Positions 38,687-48,380 of a stretch of 64,000 bases of DNA are shown here, piece after piece (the stretch's first letter is position 1; each line of letters begins with the position of its first letter). The translations under genes and the position numbers were made by a program. Under the pieces are notes generated by a model. The model was given only the letters and a program-made list of their open reading frames with translations. It was not told the DNA's origin and did not search any database. This stretch comes from Akkermansiaceae bacterium (GTDB lineage Bacteria; Verrucomicrobiota; Verrucomicrobiia; Verrucomicrobiales; DEV007), in NCBI GenBank assembly GCA_024233005.1, contig JACKQE010000003.1, forward strand, positions 219,434 through 283,433, in the 5' to 3' direction.

Positions 38687-38996
38687 TATGTAAATTTGTC
38701 GCATTTTCCAGAAATTCCAATTATTTCGTGCCTTAAATTCAATAAATTTACTAATCCAGAGGTGCTTCACGCCAGACAATGCCGCCAATGAATCAATTTA
38801 TCTATGAAATATATACTCAAAATATTTCCCCGCATCCTGAAATTTATGGTTTTTATTAATTAATTTCCAATTCTCTGGAAGGTTCCTGCATGGCGCTGCT
38901 TGTCAGGGCGCCGGTTCCAGCCTAGTAGTTCCCAACTTCAAAGCGTCCAGCCCGCTGCCGGCGTCGTTACTCCGATACCTTCCTTATTCAGTTCCC

Positions 38997-40136
38997 ATGA
39001 GCCTGACTTCGACTCCCTCCCCCAAACTCCCCGTTGAGCACACCGATCCGGTCAACGCCCGCATTCTTGCGGTGTCTGAAGACTTAGTGGAAGGGTTCCA
39101 ACGCCATCCTTTTCATATCATCGCGGAGAAGTCGGGCGTTCCTCTTCCGGACGTGCTGGCTCGAATCCGTGCCATGTTGGAGGCCGGGGTCATCCGCCGG
39201 GTCCGGCAAACCCTCCTCGCCACCCGGCTCGCCCACGGCGCTCTGTGCGCCTGGAAAGTGGACAACCACCGCCTCGATCAGGTCTTCGACTTTATGTTCC
39301 GGGAGGATCCCTTTAGTGGACATGTCGTGACACGTTCGACGGACCGTGCCATTTCCGGCTCGGACTATCGTCTCTGGACCACCCTCAAAGTGCCGCTCGG
39401 AGAATCGCTCGACGAACATGCCACCGCGTTGAAGCGCCTCGTCGGAGCGGACGACTACATTCTGATGCCGGCCAAAGGCATCTTCGCCCTCGGAGTGGGT
39501 CATGTGCGCCGAAAGACCATGGAACCCGGCGACAAAGTGGATGAACCCGCCAAGATGATCCCGATCGATGAAATTTCCCTGACCCCGAAGGAATGGGACG
39601 TGCTCCTGGCACTGAAAGACGAACTCGCGCCCGAGGAAATCGTCGCCGACCCTTGGACCTCCCGAGCGGCCCGGGCGGGTGTGGAGATCGACACCTTCTA
39701 CAGCATGGTCGAAGCCCTCGATCAGAGGAAGGCGATCGGACGTTTTTCCACCTTTCTGGAACACGTGAAACCCTCTTCCACTGGAGAGCGGGTCACCCGG
39801 TTCAATGCACTCTTCCACTGGAGAGTTCCCGAAGGCATGCAGGAAAGGGCCGGCGGGCAGGTCGGAAGGCATCCCATCATGACGCACTGTTATTGGCGTG
39901 AAGGTGGGGACCAATTTGCCAACGTGAACATCATGGGAGTCATCCATGGCTCGGACCGGGATCGAGTGTTGGAGCACAAAGCCGCAATCGACAAGCATCT
40001 CGCGGAGGAAGGAATTCCCGTGCTTTACACCAATGTCTTCTGGGGCGGGCGCAGCGAAATCAAGCCCTCTGAGATTTCCCCCAAAGTCTACCATGCGTGG
40101 CACGAGCAATGGGCCGACAAGGGGCAGGTCGTCTGA
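38997..40136 (+). CDS. Fused two-module Lrp/AsnC-type protein resembling siroheme decarboxylase (AhbA/AhbB, NirDL-like)
   Basis: Two tandem modules, each a wHTH followed by a ligand-domain motif. Module 1 has SGHVVTRS...YRLWTTLKVP; module 2 has MTHCYWRE...VNIMGVIHG. These resemble the VSHNYxR...NLWFT signature of AhbA/B and NirD/L/G/H. Confidence 0.5.
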   Translation: MSLTSTPSPKLPVEHTDPVNARILAVSEDLVEGFQRHPFHIIAEKSGVPLPDVLARIRAMLEAGVIRRVRQTLLATRLAHGALCAWKVDNHRLDQVFDFMFREDPFSGHVVTRSTDRAISGSDYRLWTTLKVPLGESLDEHATALKRLVGADDYILMPAKGIFALGVGHVRRKTMEPGDKVDEPAKMIPIDEISLTPKEWDVLLALKDELAPEEIVADPWTSRAARAGVEIDTFYSMVEALDQRKAIGRFSTFLEHVKPSSTGERVTRFNALFHWRVPEGMQERAGGQVGRHPIMTHCYWREGGDQFANVNIMGVIHGSDRDRVLEHKAAIDKHLAEEGIPVLYTNVFWGGRSEIKPSEISPKVYHAWHEQWADKGQVV

Positions 40137-40142
40137 GAGCCG

Positions 40143-40769
40143 ATGAATCTCAACGCCGTCATCGAGTATGGCGCGGTCATTTCTGCGGCCATCTACGGCG
40201 TGCTTCTGGCCCACCGGAAAGGCCTCGACTTTGTCGGGGTTTTTGCGGTGGCTTTCGTGGTTTCCTTTGGGGGAGGCACCCTGCGGGATCTCTTCCTCGA
40301 CAGGACGCCGCTGTTCTGGGTGGCTAACCAGCATTTCGCGATCTTGGTCTTCACCCTGGCGCTGGCAGGCACGCTTTTCCCCCGACTCGCGGAGAGGCTT
40401 GAGTCTTGGCTGGCTGTTCCGGATGCGCTGGGCTTGGGGCTCTTTACGGTCATGGGAACGCGGTATGCGATGGAGGCAGACACACCTCTCTTCATCGCCG
40501 CCATTCTTGGGGTGGTCACCGGTGCTTTCGGCGGGGTGCTCGGCGATGTGATCTGCAATGAGATCCCCCGGCTGTTCCGTCCGGCGCCGCTCTATGCCAC
40601 CTGCTCCTTCAGCGGAGCCTGGGTTTACATTCTGACCCACCGCTTTCTGGCCCTTCCAGAAGATCTTTGTTCCTTGAGCGCGGTGATTACCACGGTGGCA
40701 TTCCGTCTCGTGGCAGTGAAGTGGGCGATTCAACTTCCGGCGACAGGAGAGCCTCCAAAAAAAGGATGA
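40143..40769 (+). CDS. Trimeric intracellular cation channel family protein (UPF0126/YadS-like)
   Basis: About 208 aa and 7 hydrophobic helices. Duplicated GGGTLRD / GAFGGVLGD motifs characteristic of UPF0126 repeats. Confidence 0.7.
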   Translation: MNLNAVIEYGAVISAAIYGVLLAHRKGLDFVGVFAVAFVVSFGGGTLRDLFLDRTPLFWVANQHFAILVFTLALAGTLFPRLAERLESWLAVPDALGLGLFTVMGTRYAMEADTPLFIAAILGVVTGAFGGVLGDVICNEIPRLFRPAPLYATCSFSGAWVYILTHRFLALPEDLCSLSAVITTVAFRLVAVKWAIQLPATGEPPKKG

Positions 40770-40797
40770 TGATGGACTCTCCGTGCGATCCCGGGGG

Positions 40798-41859
40798 TCA
40801 TTTTCGGGAACCCCAACGCCGCGTGAGCTCATCCCATGTGGGCCCCTCCCCGGCTGGAAGCTCCTGCAGCGAGGCTTGCAGGGAAACCATTTTTTCAAAG
40901 ACATCCGCGATCAGTTCGCCCATCTGCCAGAGCGCATGACGGAATTGCGAGGCCTCTGCAGCGGCCACCATTTCGGGATAGGTCAATCCACCGGAGGCCG
41001 CACTGAGAGCAGCATCGCAGACCGGCCGGCCATCCGGTCCTTTGGTCAGGCTAAGCTCGCGGATCAGGCGCGCATTGCGGACTTTCTGATACCGGTGGTT
41101 CTCGGTCATGACCGCTCTGAGGAGCGATTCCAGTCCGGGGTCCCAATCACTCTCAAAATGGGCTCCCAAGCGGCCTTGGCGGGATACACACCGCATGTAG
41201 TGGCCCTGCACCGGCTCCACCGGGGTGGTAGCGAGATCATCAAGGAGCGAGGCCCAGTTGAGACCGAGTTCTTGCCTGCCAATCTCATTGAAGGTGACCA
41301 GATCCTGCACGGGACGGTTGGTGGCGGTGTATTTCCCGTCGATGAGGTGGAGATTGATCCCGTCGAGCACAGCCTTGATGAGCCCGTCTCCGGTGACGTG
41401 GGTCATCCACCCAAGCACCCATGCAAGGGCTCGGTGTCCGGGACCGAACAATTCCATGGCATCGCCCGCCACGTCCGACGCATACTCAAGGTAGCGCGAC
41501 CACCCCAGAGTGCGATTCCGGTCCGCGGGACTCCACCCCAGAATGAGATGGGACCTGCCATAGAGCTTGGTCTGGATTTCCTGAGGAGTGACCTCCCGCC
41601 CCTCGAATGCCAGAGCCCATGGCTTGACCGGACCTCCGGTGATCGGGCTGCGGGACACGACGACAGGCCCGTGTCCAACGCCTTCGCCAGTATCGAGACA
41701 GACCGCATTCGGCACGGTCTGGATGTCGCATCCCAAATAAGCGCCAGCCAAATAGGTCGGGAAATGCCTCCGGATCACGGGCACGATCGGAAGTCGCCTC
41801 GCTTCTGCCGCTTTGGCCGCCAGAATGGCGTAGGCGGTGTGCCCGATGATTCCACTCAT
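40798..41859 (-). CDS. Hypothetical protein (possible His-rich metallohydrolase, zinc phospholipase-C-like)
   Basis: 353-aa ORF. The N-terminal MSGIIGHTAYAIL and internal GWMTHVTGDGLIK resemble the H...H.xxD motifs of the Zn-dependent PLC-like family. The functional call is weak. Confidence 0.4.
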   Translation of the reverse strand: MSGIIGHTAYAILAAKAAEARRLPIVPVIRRHFPTYLAGAYLGCDIQTVPNAVCLDTGEGVGHGPVVVSRSPITGGPVKPWALAFEGREVTPQEIQTKLYGRSHLILGWSPADRNRTLGWSRYLEYASDVAGDAMELFGPGHRALAWVLGWMTHVTGDGLIKAVLDGINLHLIDGKYTATNRPVQDLVTFNEIGRQELGLNWASLLDDLATTPVEPVQGHYMRCVSRQGRLGAHFESDWDPGLESLLRAVMTENHRYQKVRNARLIRELSLTKGPDGRPVCDAALSAASGGLTYPEMVAAAEASQFRHALWQMGELIADVFEKMVSLQASLQELPAGEGPTWDELTRRWGSRK

Positions 41860-41939
41860 GCCGTCAGTTTACCTCCGGTCGTTGACTCTGCCGAGCACGG
41901 ATGCCGGGACCGATCCCGCTCCCAAGGCCACTGTCCCAC

Positions 41940-42767
41940 TCACGTGAGACCGCCTCCCTGTGGAGACGCTGCCTTCCCCGGCATCAGCGCCCGGTGGGCT
42001 TCAAGCACTCCCGCGACCGTCCCGAAAGGTGCGGCAAACATCCATCCCACCACCGGGATCAGCATGATGAGCAAATAACCGGATCCCAAGCCAGTCGCCA
42101 ACCCCCGATGGGCTCGCGAAAAGGCCGCACTTTCGGACACAGTGTAGGATCGGTATTCCAGAGGAAAATCGAAAAGCCCCTGCCCCATGAAGCGGGCCTG
42201 AATAAGGAAAACGAGAATCGCCGTCACCAGAGAGCCGATGCCCGGGATGAGGAGGAAGATCATGCAAAAAGCCGTCAGGGTAAGTTCCAGCAAGATCGAC
42301 CGGGAGTTGACCGCGGCACTGCGGAGAAGGCTACCCATCAGTCCCAGAGACTGCCCCGGCCTGGGACCGGTGTCGATGCCCCGTTGCACCGATTCTGCAA
42401 GTTTCCCCAGCACTGGCGCCAAGGCGACCAGGACCAGGTGTTTGTGCCCCAGAACAAACAACACAACCAAAAGCAACGCCGTGAACACTCCGATGGTCAA
42501 GGCGATGAGATGATCAAGCCAGGGGGGCGAAATCGACAGGGAGTTCTCCACATAATCGGTGATCCATCTCCCGAGAAACCAGATCCCAATGAGAAAAAGC
42601 AAACTGCAGATCAGGCTGACGAGTCCCGGCCAGAGCAGACTGTGCCAGAGCCTCAGCCGGGTCAGAGTGGCCGGAACGAGGGCATACCCGCGCAATCCTT
42701 TGAGCAGGCCCACAAGGAAGCCCTGCCGCTTCAGGGGTGGCGAGACCGTCGTTCCGGAGGAGGACAT
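41940..42767 (-). CDS. EI24/CysZ-like integral membrane protein
   Basis: 275 aa. N-terminal GFLVGLLKGLRGYALV...LRLWHSLLWPGL, then 4-6 helices, as in the EI24/CysZ family. Moderate confidence only. Confidence 0.4.
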   Translation of the reverse strand: MSSSGTTVSPPLKRQGFLVGLLKGLRGYALVPATLTRLRLWHSLLWPGLVSLICSLLFLIGIWFLGRWITDYVENSLSISPPWLDHLIALTIGVFTALLLVVLFVLGHKHLVLVALAPVLGKLAESVQRGIDTGPRPGQSLGLMGSLLRSAAVNSRSILLELTLTAFCMIFLLIPGIGSLVTAILVFLIQARFMGQGLFDFPLEYRSYTVSESAAFSRAHRGLATGLGSGYLLIMLIPVVGWMFAAPFGTVAGVLEAHRALMPGKAASPQGGGLT

Positions 42768-42846
42768 CGAATATCATCACTGTGGTGCCCCTGAGCGGCG
42801 CACGCAAGCGAAGACAGTACCCCGGGCGAACCATCAGGGAAAGCCG

Positions 42847-43884
42847 TCACTTCTCGGGAACCGGCGCCTCTTGCGGAACCGTCGGCTTGAGCTCGCTTTC
42901 AGGCACGATTTTTTTCATCCGGTCGGCGGTGATTTGCTGCACCGCCTTGAGACCGGTCGTGGATTCGGTTCCATCATCAAGCCGGCGGCTTCTCTCAAAA
43001 TGCCCCAACGCGGACTCCCCGAGATCCAATTTGCCTGCGAGAGCATCCACCGCAGCCTGTGGGGCACCCGAATAGAGCGCTCCTTTGCCATAGAGGCTGG
43101 AGAAAATGCGAGACTGCGGGATGATCTCAGGATGCGCCCCGGGGGCGTTTCCGGCCAATTCCAGCGAGGCGCGCAAGGCCATCGCTGACAACCGGGAATC
43201 CCCACCGGCATTCAGGGTGTAGGCACTGCCGAAAGCCACCGCCGCTTCCTCCCTCTGTCCCTGCTCCCTCAGGGCGACTCCCTGCAAATAGGCCATCTCG
43301 ATGCCTTCACTGGCATCGGCTTGGAACGTCTCAGAGGCAAAGGCGGTCGTCGCCAGCCGAATGACCTCCTCCCAGCGTGCTCCACCAGCCGCCGCCCAGG
43401 CCATAAAGACAGGGGACAGTGAGCGTTCTTTCTCAGGAAGCAGGGCCAACTCCGGCTGGAGTGCTTTCAACTGGGCCTCGATGGATTTCGCATCGAGCAG
43501 GGCCCGGTGACACTCCAAGAGGGCCCGTCTTGCCCGGCTTCGAAAATTCCCCGGTGCCGGATAAAAGGTGAGATTGCCGCCTGCCGCGATGATCTTGTCA
43601 TAAGCCACCACGGCTTCCGGAAACTTCTCCGAAAGCAGAGCTGCCTCGGCGCGCTTCCAATCCTCGGGCTCCGGCCAGTCAATGGATTCGATCTGGTCGT
43701 AGGACAACTCGGCCTCGGTGAGGCTTCCTTCCAACCGGTATTTCAAACTCCGGGGACCGAGGGAGGCCACCAGCAGATCCTGGGAAGTCCCGGATTTCAA
43801 CCTCACCGTGACGGGCGCGGCAAAGACTTGCCCGCTCCAGAGAAGGATCACCCACAACCAAAGGAAATGACGGAGAATCAACAT
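42847..43884 (-). CDS. Secreted helical-repeat (TPR-like) protein
   Basis: Start at ATG 43884, 14 nt after the upstream stop. Signal peptide MLILRHFLWLWVILLWSGQVFA and an Ala/Leu-rich helical-repeat body. Confidence 0.55.
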   Translation of the reverse strand: MLILRHFLWLWVILLWSGQVFAAPVTVRLKSGTSQDLLVASLGPRSLKYRLEGSLTEAELSYDQIESIDWPEPEDWKRAEAALLSEKFPEAVVAYDKIIAAGGNLTFYPAPGNFRSRARRALLECHRALLDAKSIEAQLKALQPELALLPEKERSLSPVFMAWAAAGGARWEEVIRLATTAFASETFQADASEGIEMAYLQGVALREQGQREEAAVAFGSAYTLNAGGDSRLSAMALRASLELAGNAPGAHPEIIPQSRIFSSLYGKGALYSGAPQAAVDALAGKLDLGESALGHFERSRRLDDGTESTTGLKAVQQITADRMKKIVPESELKPTVPQEAPVPEK

Positions 43885-43897
43885 GACGGGAAAGGAT

Positions 43898-46837
43898 TCA
43901 GGGAAGAGGTTGCTTGGCCGTCCACTCGGCTTTCCATTGACGGAACAAAGAACGTCCCTCGACAATGCCCGGATGATCGAGGTGCCCGAGCCGTTTCAGC
44001 ATGTCCACGAGAACAATCAGCGCGTCGCCCTCCTGTCCCCGTTTTTTGAGCAACCGGGCCGTGTCTAGGTAAGCCATGGTTGACCAATCCAGTTGTCCGG
44101 GATAATTGATGTAGGTCGCGGCAAATGTCCGGATCGCCTCCCCCTCCAGTCCGAGTTTTTCCTGGCATTGGCCGAACTGGTAGTTCGCTTCCGCCCGCGC
44201 CTGCATCCACTGGGACTGGGCGAGGTAACGTTGCCAAGCCTCTGCAGCCCCCTCCCAATCTTTCCGCCGGTGCAGCAGCCGCGCCAGATTCAGAGTGGCC
44301 GGTTCCTGCAGGGTGGGGTTCTCCGACTCCTCGACAACCCGGCGGAATCCGGATTCGGCCCGGGCCAGTTGCACCGGATCGCTGCTCTGCGCATCCAGTT
44401 GGGCAGCTTCGAGCAACGCCAGATCCAGATGTCCCTGTTCCGGTCTGGCATCGATGAGATACCCATACAGTTCATGAGCCTGCCCGGGGTCTCCCTTCTG
44501 AACGAGATGCCGCGCCATTTTGATGAGTCCGTAGTTCGGCAAGGCCTCTTTGCCAAGCTTGCCGAGATCCCCGTAAAGGCGGTCCTGCTCGGCGGCGAGA
44601 TCCTCCCCCACCGCGAATGTCTCGCGCAGTTCCACTTCGGCAACAGCAACCCAGGCTTCAAAAGCGGACAGTCCCTTGCCTCGTCCCGAGAACTCCCGCA
44701 ATGCCGCCATTGCCGCTCCCGGTCGCTCCCGCTCCCGGGTCTGCCACAGCCCGACCAAGGTCTCGAACAATTCATCCAACTGCCGTCCCGGGCCTTCGGG
44801 GGCGAGCCGCAGGATGTGTCCCTGCAGTTCCCGTTCCGCTTCCTCCCCTCTGCCGCTGGCAATCAGCGCCGGCAGTGCTCCGGCGAGCGCGTCAATTTCA
44901 TGCCGACTCCCCCGATGCTCCGCAACCATCTCATCAAACCATGTCACCACCTGCGGCCAATCCTGGACCGAATCATAGAGTAGAATAAGTTTCCAAAGGG
45001 AGTAAGCCACGACTTCATCGTCCGCGGGGCGATCCGCGGTTTCACGGCCCTTGAGGTAGGCCTGCGCCATTTCCTCCACCTCCGCGTCCCCCCGGGCCAC
45101 GAGGACATCGCCGAGCAGGTTCCATGTCGTGGGCACCTCGCGGCAGGAGGAATGCTCTTTCAAAAGGCGCTCGGCATGGGCCTGGGCCGGCGCGAGATCC
45201 CCCAGCACGTAGCGGCACAGCCCGGCCTGGTATAGGGCCCCTGAAACCATCTCAGAAGCCGGATAGTCCTTCAGAAATGCCTCCAGGATGGTCGCGCCTT
45301 CGGCCCATTTGTAGAGATTCACCTTCACCGATCCCAAATAGTAGCGGACCGGCTCGAGCCGTTTCCCGAAGGGATAGTTCACCAGGTAGGCTTCCAGTTC
45401 CGTCTCGGCCTCCGTAAATTGTTCCAGATGATACAGAGACGCCCCCGCGATGAAATCCGGAACATCGCGGGCCTCTTCCCCGGCAGGGAGGCGCTTCTGC
45501 AGGCCGACGGCGATCTCATGACTTTTGGCAAAGTCCTCGATCGCGAAGGGCGATTCGGTCATCAAACGGGTCACTTCGGGGAGAAGTTCGTGCTTGGGAA
45601 ACTCATCGAGAAAGCGGTGACCGTAGGTGACGAGATAATCCCAGCGAAAGAGCTGGGCCGCGCTGGCCACCACATTGTAGACAACCGCCGGGCGTTCACG
45701 ATAGCCGGGATAATGGTCAGCGAGAAACTTGTAGGCCGCCAGGCTGGCGGGAAAATTGCGCAACTGGTAATGCGCCGCCGCCACTGCGGCCTGCAGCGCG
45801 GGGATCTGCTCCTTCCCTTCCGCGGCCTGCCGTCGGAGCCGCGCCGCTTCCGCCTCCAGCCGGGGCCCGTTCACCGCGTCCAGCTTCGCCCGCCGCTCCT
45901 GGGCACCGGCACGATCCTCGAGGTAACTGATCAGCTCGCGCGGATTAAACATCAGGGAGAACCAGGCCAGAGCCCTCACCGGCTCATTCTCGGCCATGGC
46001 TTGGTCGCCCAGCATGGAAAAAACGGGGTTGCGCGCCCATCTGACGGTCTTCCCGTCCTCGCGCAGGAGATCGGCGTATTGCCAGAGAAACGGCTCCACC
46101 ACTGCAAATTTTTCTTTGGGTGTCCAGTCCTCCGCAAGAATCATGAAAGCCGCCTGCTTGACGAAATGGGACGCCCCCGGATTGTCCAAGGCACGCCCGA
46201 GAAACTCGCGTCCTTTTTCCCGAGCCCCGCTGCGCAGGTATGCCCTGCCGAGATTCAGACCGATGAGCTCGGGCGGCACTTTGTTTCCCGGCTGTTTGGA
46301 TTCGTCGAGGGCTTTCTCCAGAATCTGGACTGCTTCCTCATAGCGGGTGATCACCACCAGGCAGGCGCCCCATTGGGCCAGGGCGTGGACCCGGAAGCGG
46401 TTTGGCATCCACGGGATCTCCCGGACCTCATTGGGATCGGGCGGCGTGTTCGGGAAATCGTCGTGGCATGCGCGGAAAGCCGCGATGGCTCCATCGTAAT
46501 CCTCTTTGCCCATCAGCAGCAGCCCCTGCAGGTAATAGAAATGGCCGAAGATGGGACCGACAGTGGATCCGGCCTTGGCTCCCCAGTAGCTGATGACATT
46601 TCTCACCACGTCGAGCCCCCGGTCATAGTCCCCCCGCTGCAAACTGGCGAGGGCACGGTTGTAGGATCCGGGGAGATCCTCGGCGGGATTGCGAATGTCC
46701 TGGGAGCGAACCACCGGAGCCCAAGCCAGCAGGAAAAGCAGAACCATGATCGGAACCCTCCCGTCGGACAAGACTGCCCATCGGGACAAGATCCGGAGAC
46801 GTCTGGGCCTGGAGCCCTCTGAACTCACCCGATTCAT
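43898..46837 (-). CDS. Large TPR-repeat protein (about 980 aa), secreted or membrane-anchored
   Basis: Start at ATG 46837, 18 nt after the upstream stop at 46855. Hydrophobic segment IMVLLFLLAWAPVV. Many TPR-like units (..A...Y..A..L...G.Y..A...F). Confidence 0.65.
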   Translation of the reverse strand: MNRVSSEGSRPRRLRILSRWAVLSDGRVPIMVLLFLLAWAPVVRSQDIRNPAEDLPGSYNRALASLQRGDYDRGLDVVRNVISYWGAKAGSTVGPIFGHFYYLQGLLLMGKEDYDGAIAAFRACHDDFPNTPPDPNEVREIPWMPNRFRVHALAQWGACLVVITRYEEAVQILEKALDESKQPGNKVPPELIGLNLGRAYLRSGAREKGREFLGRALDNPGASHFVKQAAFMILAEDWTPKEKFAVVEPFLWQYADLLREDGKTVRWARNPVFSMLGDQAMAENEPVRALAWFSLMFNPRELISYLEDRAGAQERRAKLDAVNGPRLEAEAARLRRQAAEGKEQIPALQAAVAAAHYQLRNFPASLAAYKFLADHYPGYRERPAVVYNVVASAAQLFRWDYLVTYGHRFLDEFPKHELLPEVTRLMTESPFAIEDFAKSHEIAVGLQKRLPAGEEARDVPDFIAGASLYHLEQFTEAETELEAYLVNYPFGKRLEPVRYYLGSVKVNLYKWAEGATILEAFLKDYPASEMVSGALYQAGLCRYVLGDLAPAQAHAERLLKEHSSCREVPTTWNLLGDVLVARGDAEVEEMAQAYLKGRETADRPADDEVVAYSLWKLILLYDSVQDWPQVVTWFDEMVAEHRGSRHEIDALAGALPALIASGRGEEAERELQGHILRLAPEGPGRQLDELFETLVGLWQTRERERPGAAMAALREFSGRGKGLSAFEAWVAVAEVELRETFAVGEDLAAEQDRLYGDLGKLGKEALPNYGLIKMARHLVQKGDPGQAHELYGYLIDARPEQGHLDLALLEAAQLDAQSSDPVQLARAESGFRRVVEESENPTLQEPATLNLARLLHRRKDWEGAAEAWQRYLAQSQWMQARAEANYQFGQCQEKLGLEGEAIRTFAATYINYPGQLDWSTMAYLDTARLLKKRGQEGDALIVLVDMLKRLGHLDHPGIVEGRSLFRQWKAEWTAKQPLP

Positions 46838-46854
46838 GCTTCCTTGTTCATCTT

Positions 46855-48375
46855 TCAACCCGTCACCGGCAGATACCGGTAATAGACCTCCAACATCAGG
46901 GTCGACAAACAGGTCCGAAAATAAATTGCGTCTCCTTTGGCGTGCTGTTCGCTCAGCCCCGATCCCTCCTCCGGCCAACTGCCATCGGGAGCCTGATGCC
47001 CCAACAGTTCCTTGGCAAAAGCGTTGTTCCAGGTGTTCCAAGTGCTCCCTCCTTGGTTGAACGCCGCCTGGGTGAAATAGTACCAGCCGTAGAGATTACA
47101 GCTTGGTTTGTCGTATTGAAAACTGCTTTCCGACTTGAGAAAAAAGTCAAACCCGGTTCCTCCCCCCCTTGCTCCACGGCCTCCAAGAAACTGGAGCCCA
47201 AGCAATCCAGCTCCGGTCAGGCTGGCCCGATCTCCCGGCGAACGGTAACCAAACCCTCCCTTCGGGCCGCGCCGGGTCTCCAGGAAGGCGGCGGCCCGGC
47301 TCATGCAGGACTCGAGTCCCTCGACCTTTATTCCGGCATGCTGAGCCGTTTTGAGGGCCTGAATCTGCCATCCCGTGACCGACAAATCCCCGGCGCCATA
47401 AGTTTCGTATCCGTAGACCCAGCCCCCGTCACTGGCCTGGCCTTTGACGATCACATTGATCCCGCCGAAAAACGCATCGCCCAGATACGGTATTTCTTCT
47501 GGTCCCCGTCCAGTCAGCAGAGCCTTGGCCTCCCCGAGGGCATAGGTCGCGATGGCATGCTCATATGGCTGTGGATTCTCTCCGACATGGGTGGTGAAAT
47601 GCCAATCGTAACCCTGCCCCATTTCGATCAGTCCCAAAAGTCCCCGCGCCACCGTTTCTCCGAACTCCGGGGAGGAGGGAGTTTCACAGTGCCCCAGAAA
47701 ACTAAGCAAGGCGAGGCCCGTCATCGCTGCCGGATATTCCCGTCCCCAGGTTCCGTCGGAATTCTGCTGGGTTTTGAGATACCGCAGGGCATTCATCACA
47801 GCCGGTTCGACCTTCGGGGATCCCCCGTGTTGAAACAGAAGACGGCTGCGTTGCCCGGGCACACAGCGTCCCTTGAAGGCCACCGGCTGCTTGGACATTC
47901 CCATGGCCCCACCGCCCCCGCCGGCTCCCGCCCCGAACCCGGCTCCGTCTCCGAGATCACTCATGCCAAGGCCCATGAGATTGGTCTTGTGATCGATTTT
48001 GGCCTCTGGCATGGCGATTTTGGCCGTGGAGGTGCTGCGCAGCATGCGCGACACTGAGGCCGCGGCCGAGGTGGGACGGACCTCTTTGAGTTGCTTGATG
48101 GCGCTGATTTTTTTCATCGCGAGATCCGGTGGACGCTCCACCGGAACGACCCGGGCAATGATGGTCGGCGCATCCCGCGTTCCGGGAATGGCGGTGACGA
48201 TGGCGAACACGATGAGAAGGGCCACATGGAATCCCAGGGCCGCGAGGATCGCAGTGCGCGTTTTTCTTTGCAACGCGTACCACCGGGTTTTGGCATCCTG
48301 CCCGAGACTCCTGACCTGACGGGCGAGATAATCTTTGCCCAAGGAGACCAGCGCTCTGAATTGATCTTTGACCAT
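46855..48375 (-). CDS. N-terminally membrane-anchored prenyltransferase/squalene-cyclase-repeat (alpha/alpha-toroid) protein
   Basis: Single TM helix (AILAALGFHVALLIVFAIVTAI), a Gly-rich linker, then repeats of the QxxDGxW type: QQNSDGTWG, GQASDGGWVYG, RGPKGGFGY, HQAPDGSWPE. It sits immediately downstream of exbB-exbD-exbD, where tonB would normally be. Confidence 0.65.
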   Translation of the reverse strand: MVKDQFRALVSLGKDYLARQVRSLGQDAKTRWYALQRKTRTAILAALGFHVALLIVFAIVTAIPGTRDAPTIIARVVPVERPPDLAMKKISAIKQLKEVRPTSAAASVSRMLRSTSTAKIAMPEAKIDHKTNLMGLGMSDLGDGAGFGAGAGGGGGAMGMSKQPVAFKGRCVPGQRSRLLFQHGGSPKVEPAVMNALRYLKTQQNSDGTWGREYPAAMTGLALLSFLGHCETPSSPEFGETVARGLLGLIEMGQGYDWHFTTHVGENPQPYEHAIATYALGEAKALLTGRGPEEIPYLGDAFFGGINVIVKGQASDGGWVYGYETYGAGDLSVTGWQIQALKTAQHAGIKVEGLESCMSRAAAFLETRRGPKGGFGYRSPGDRASLTGAGLLGLQFLGGRGARGGGTGFDFFLKSESSFQYDKPSCNLYGWYYFTQAAFNQGGSTWNTWNNAFAKELLGHQAPDGSWPEEGSGLSEQHAKGDAIYFRTCLSTLMLEVYYRYLPVTG

Positions 48376-48380
48376 GATCG

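Noticed and set aside
38876-38890. Sigma-54-like element TGGAAGGTTCCTGCA upstream of the AhbA/B-like gene.
   Set aside because: The spacing between the GG and GC dinucleotides is one nucleotide shorter than the TGGCAC-N5-TTGCA consensus, the flanks match poorly, and no enhancer-binding protein gene is nearby.
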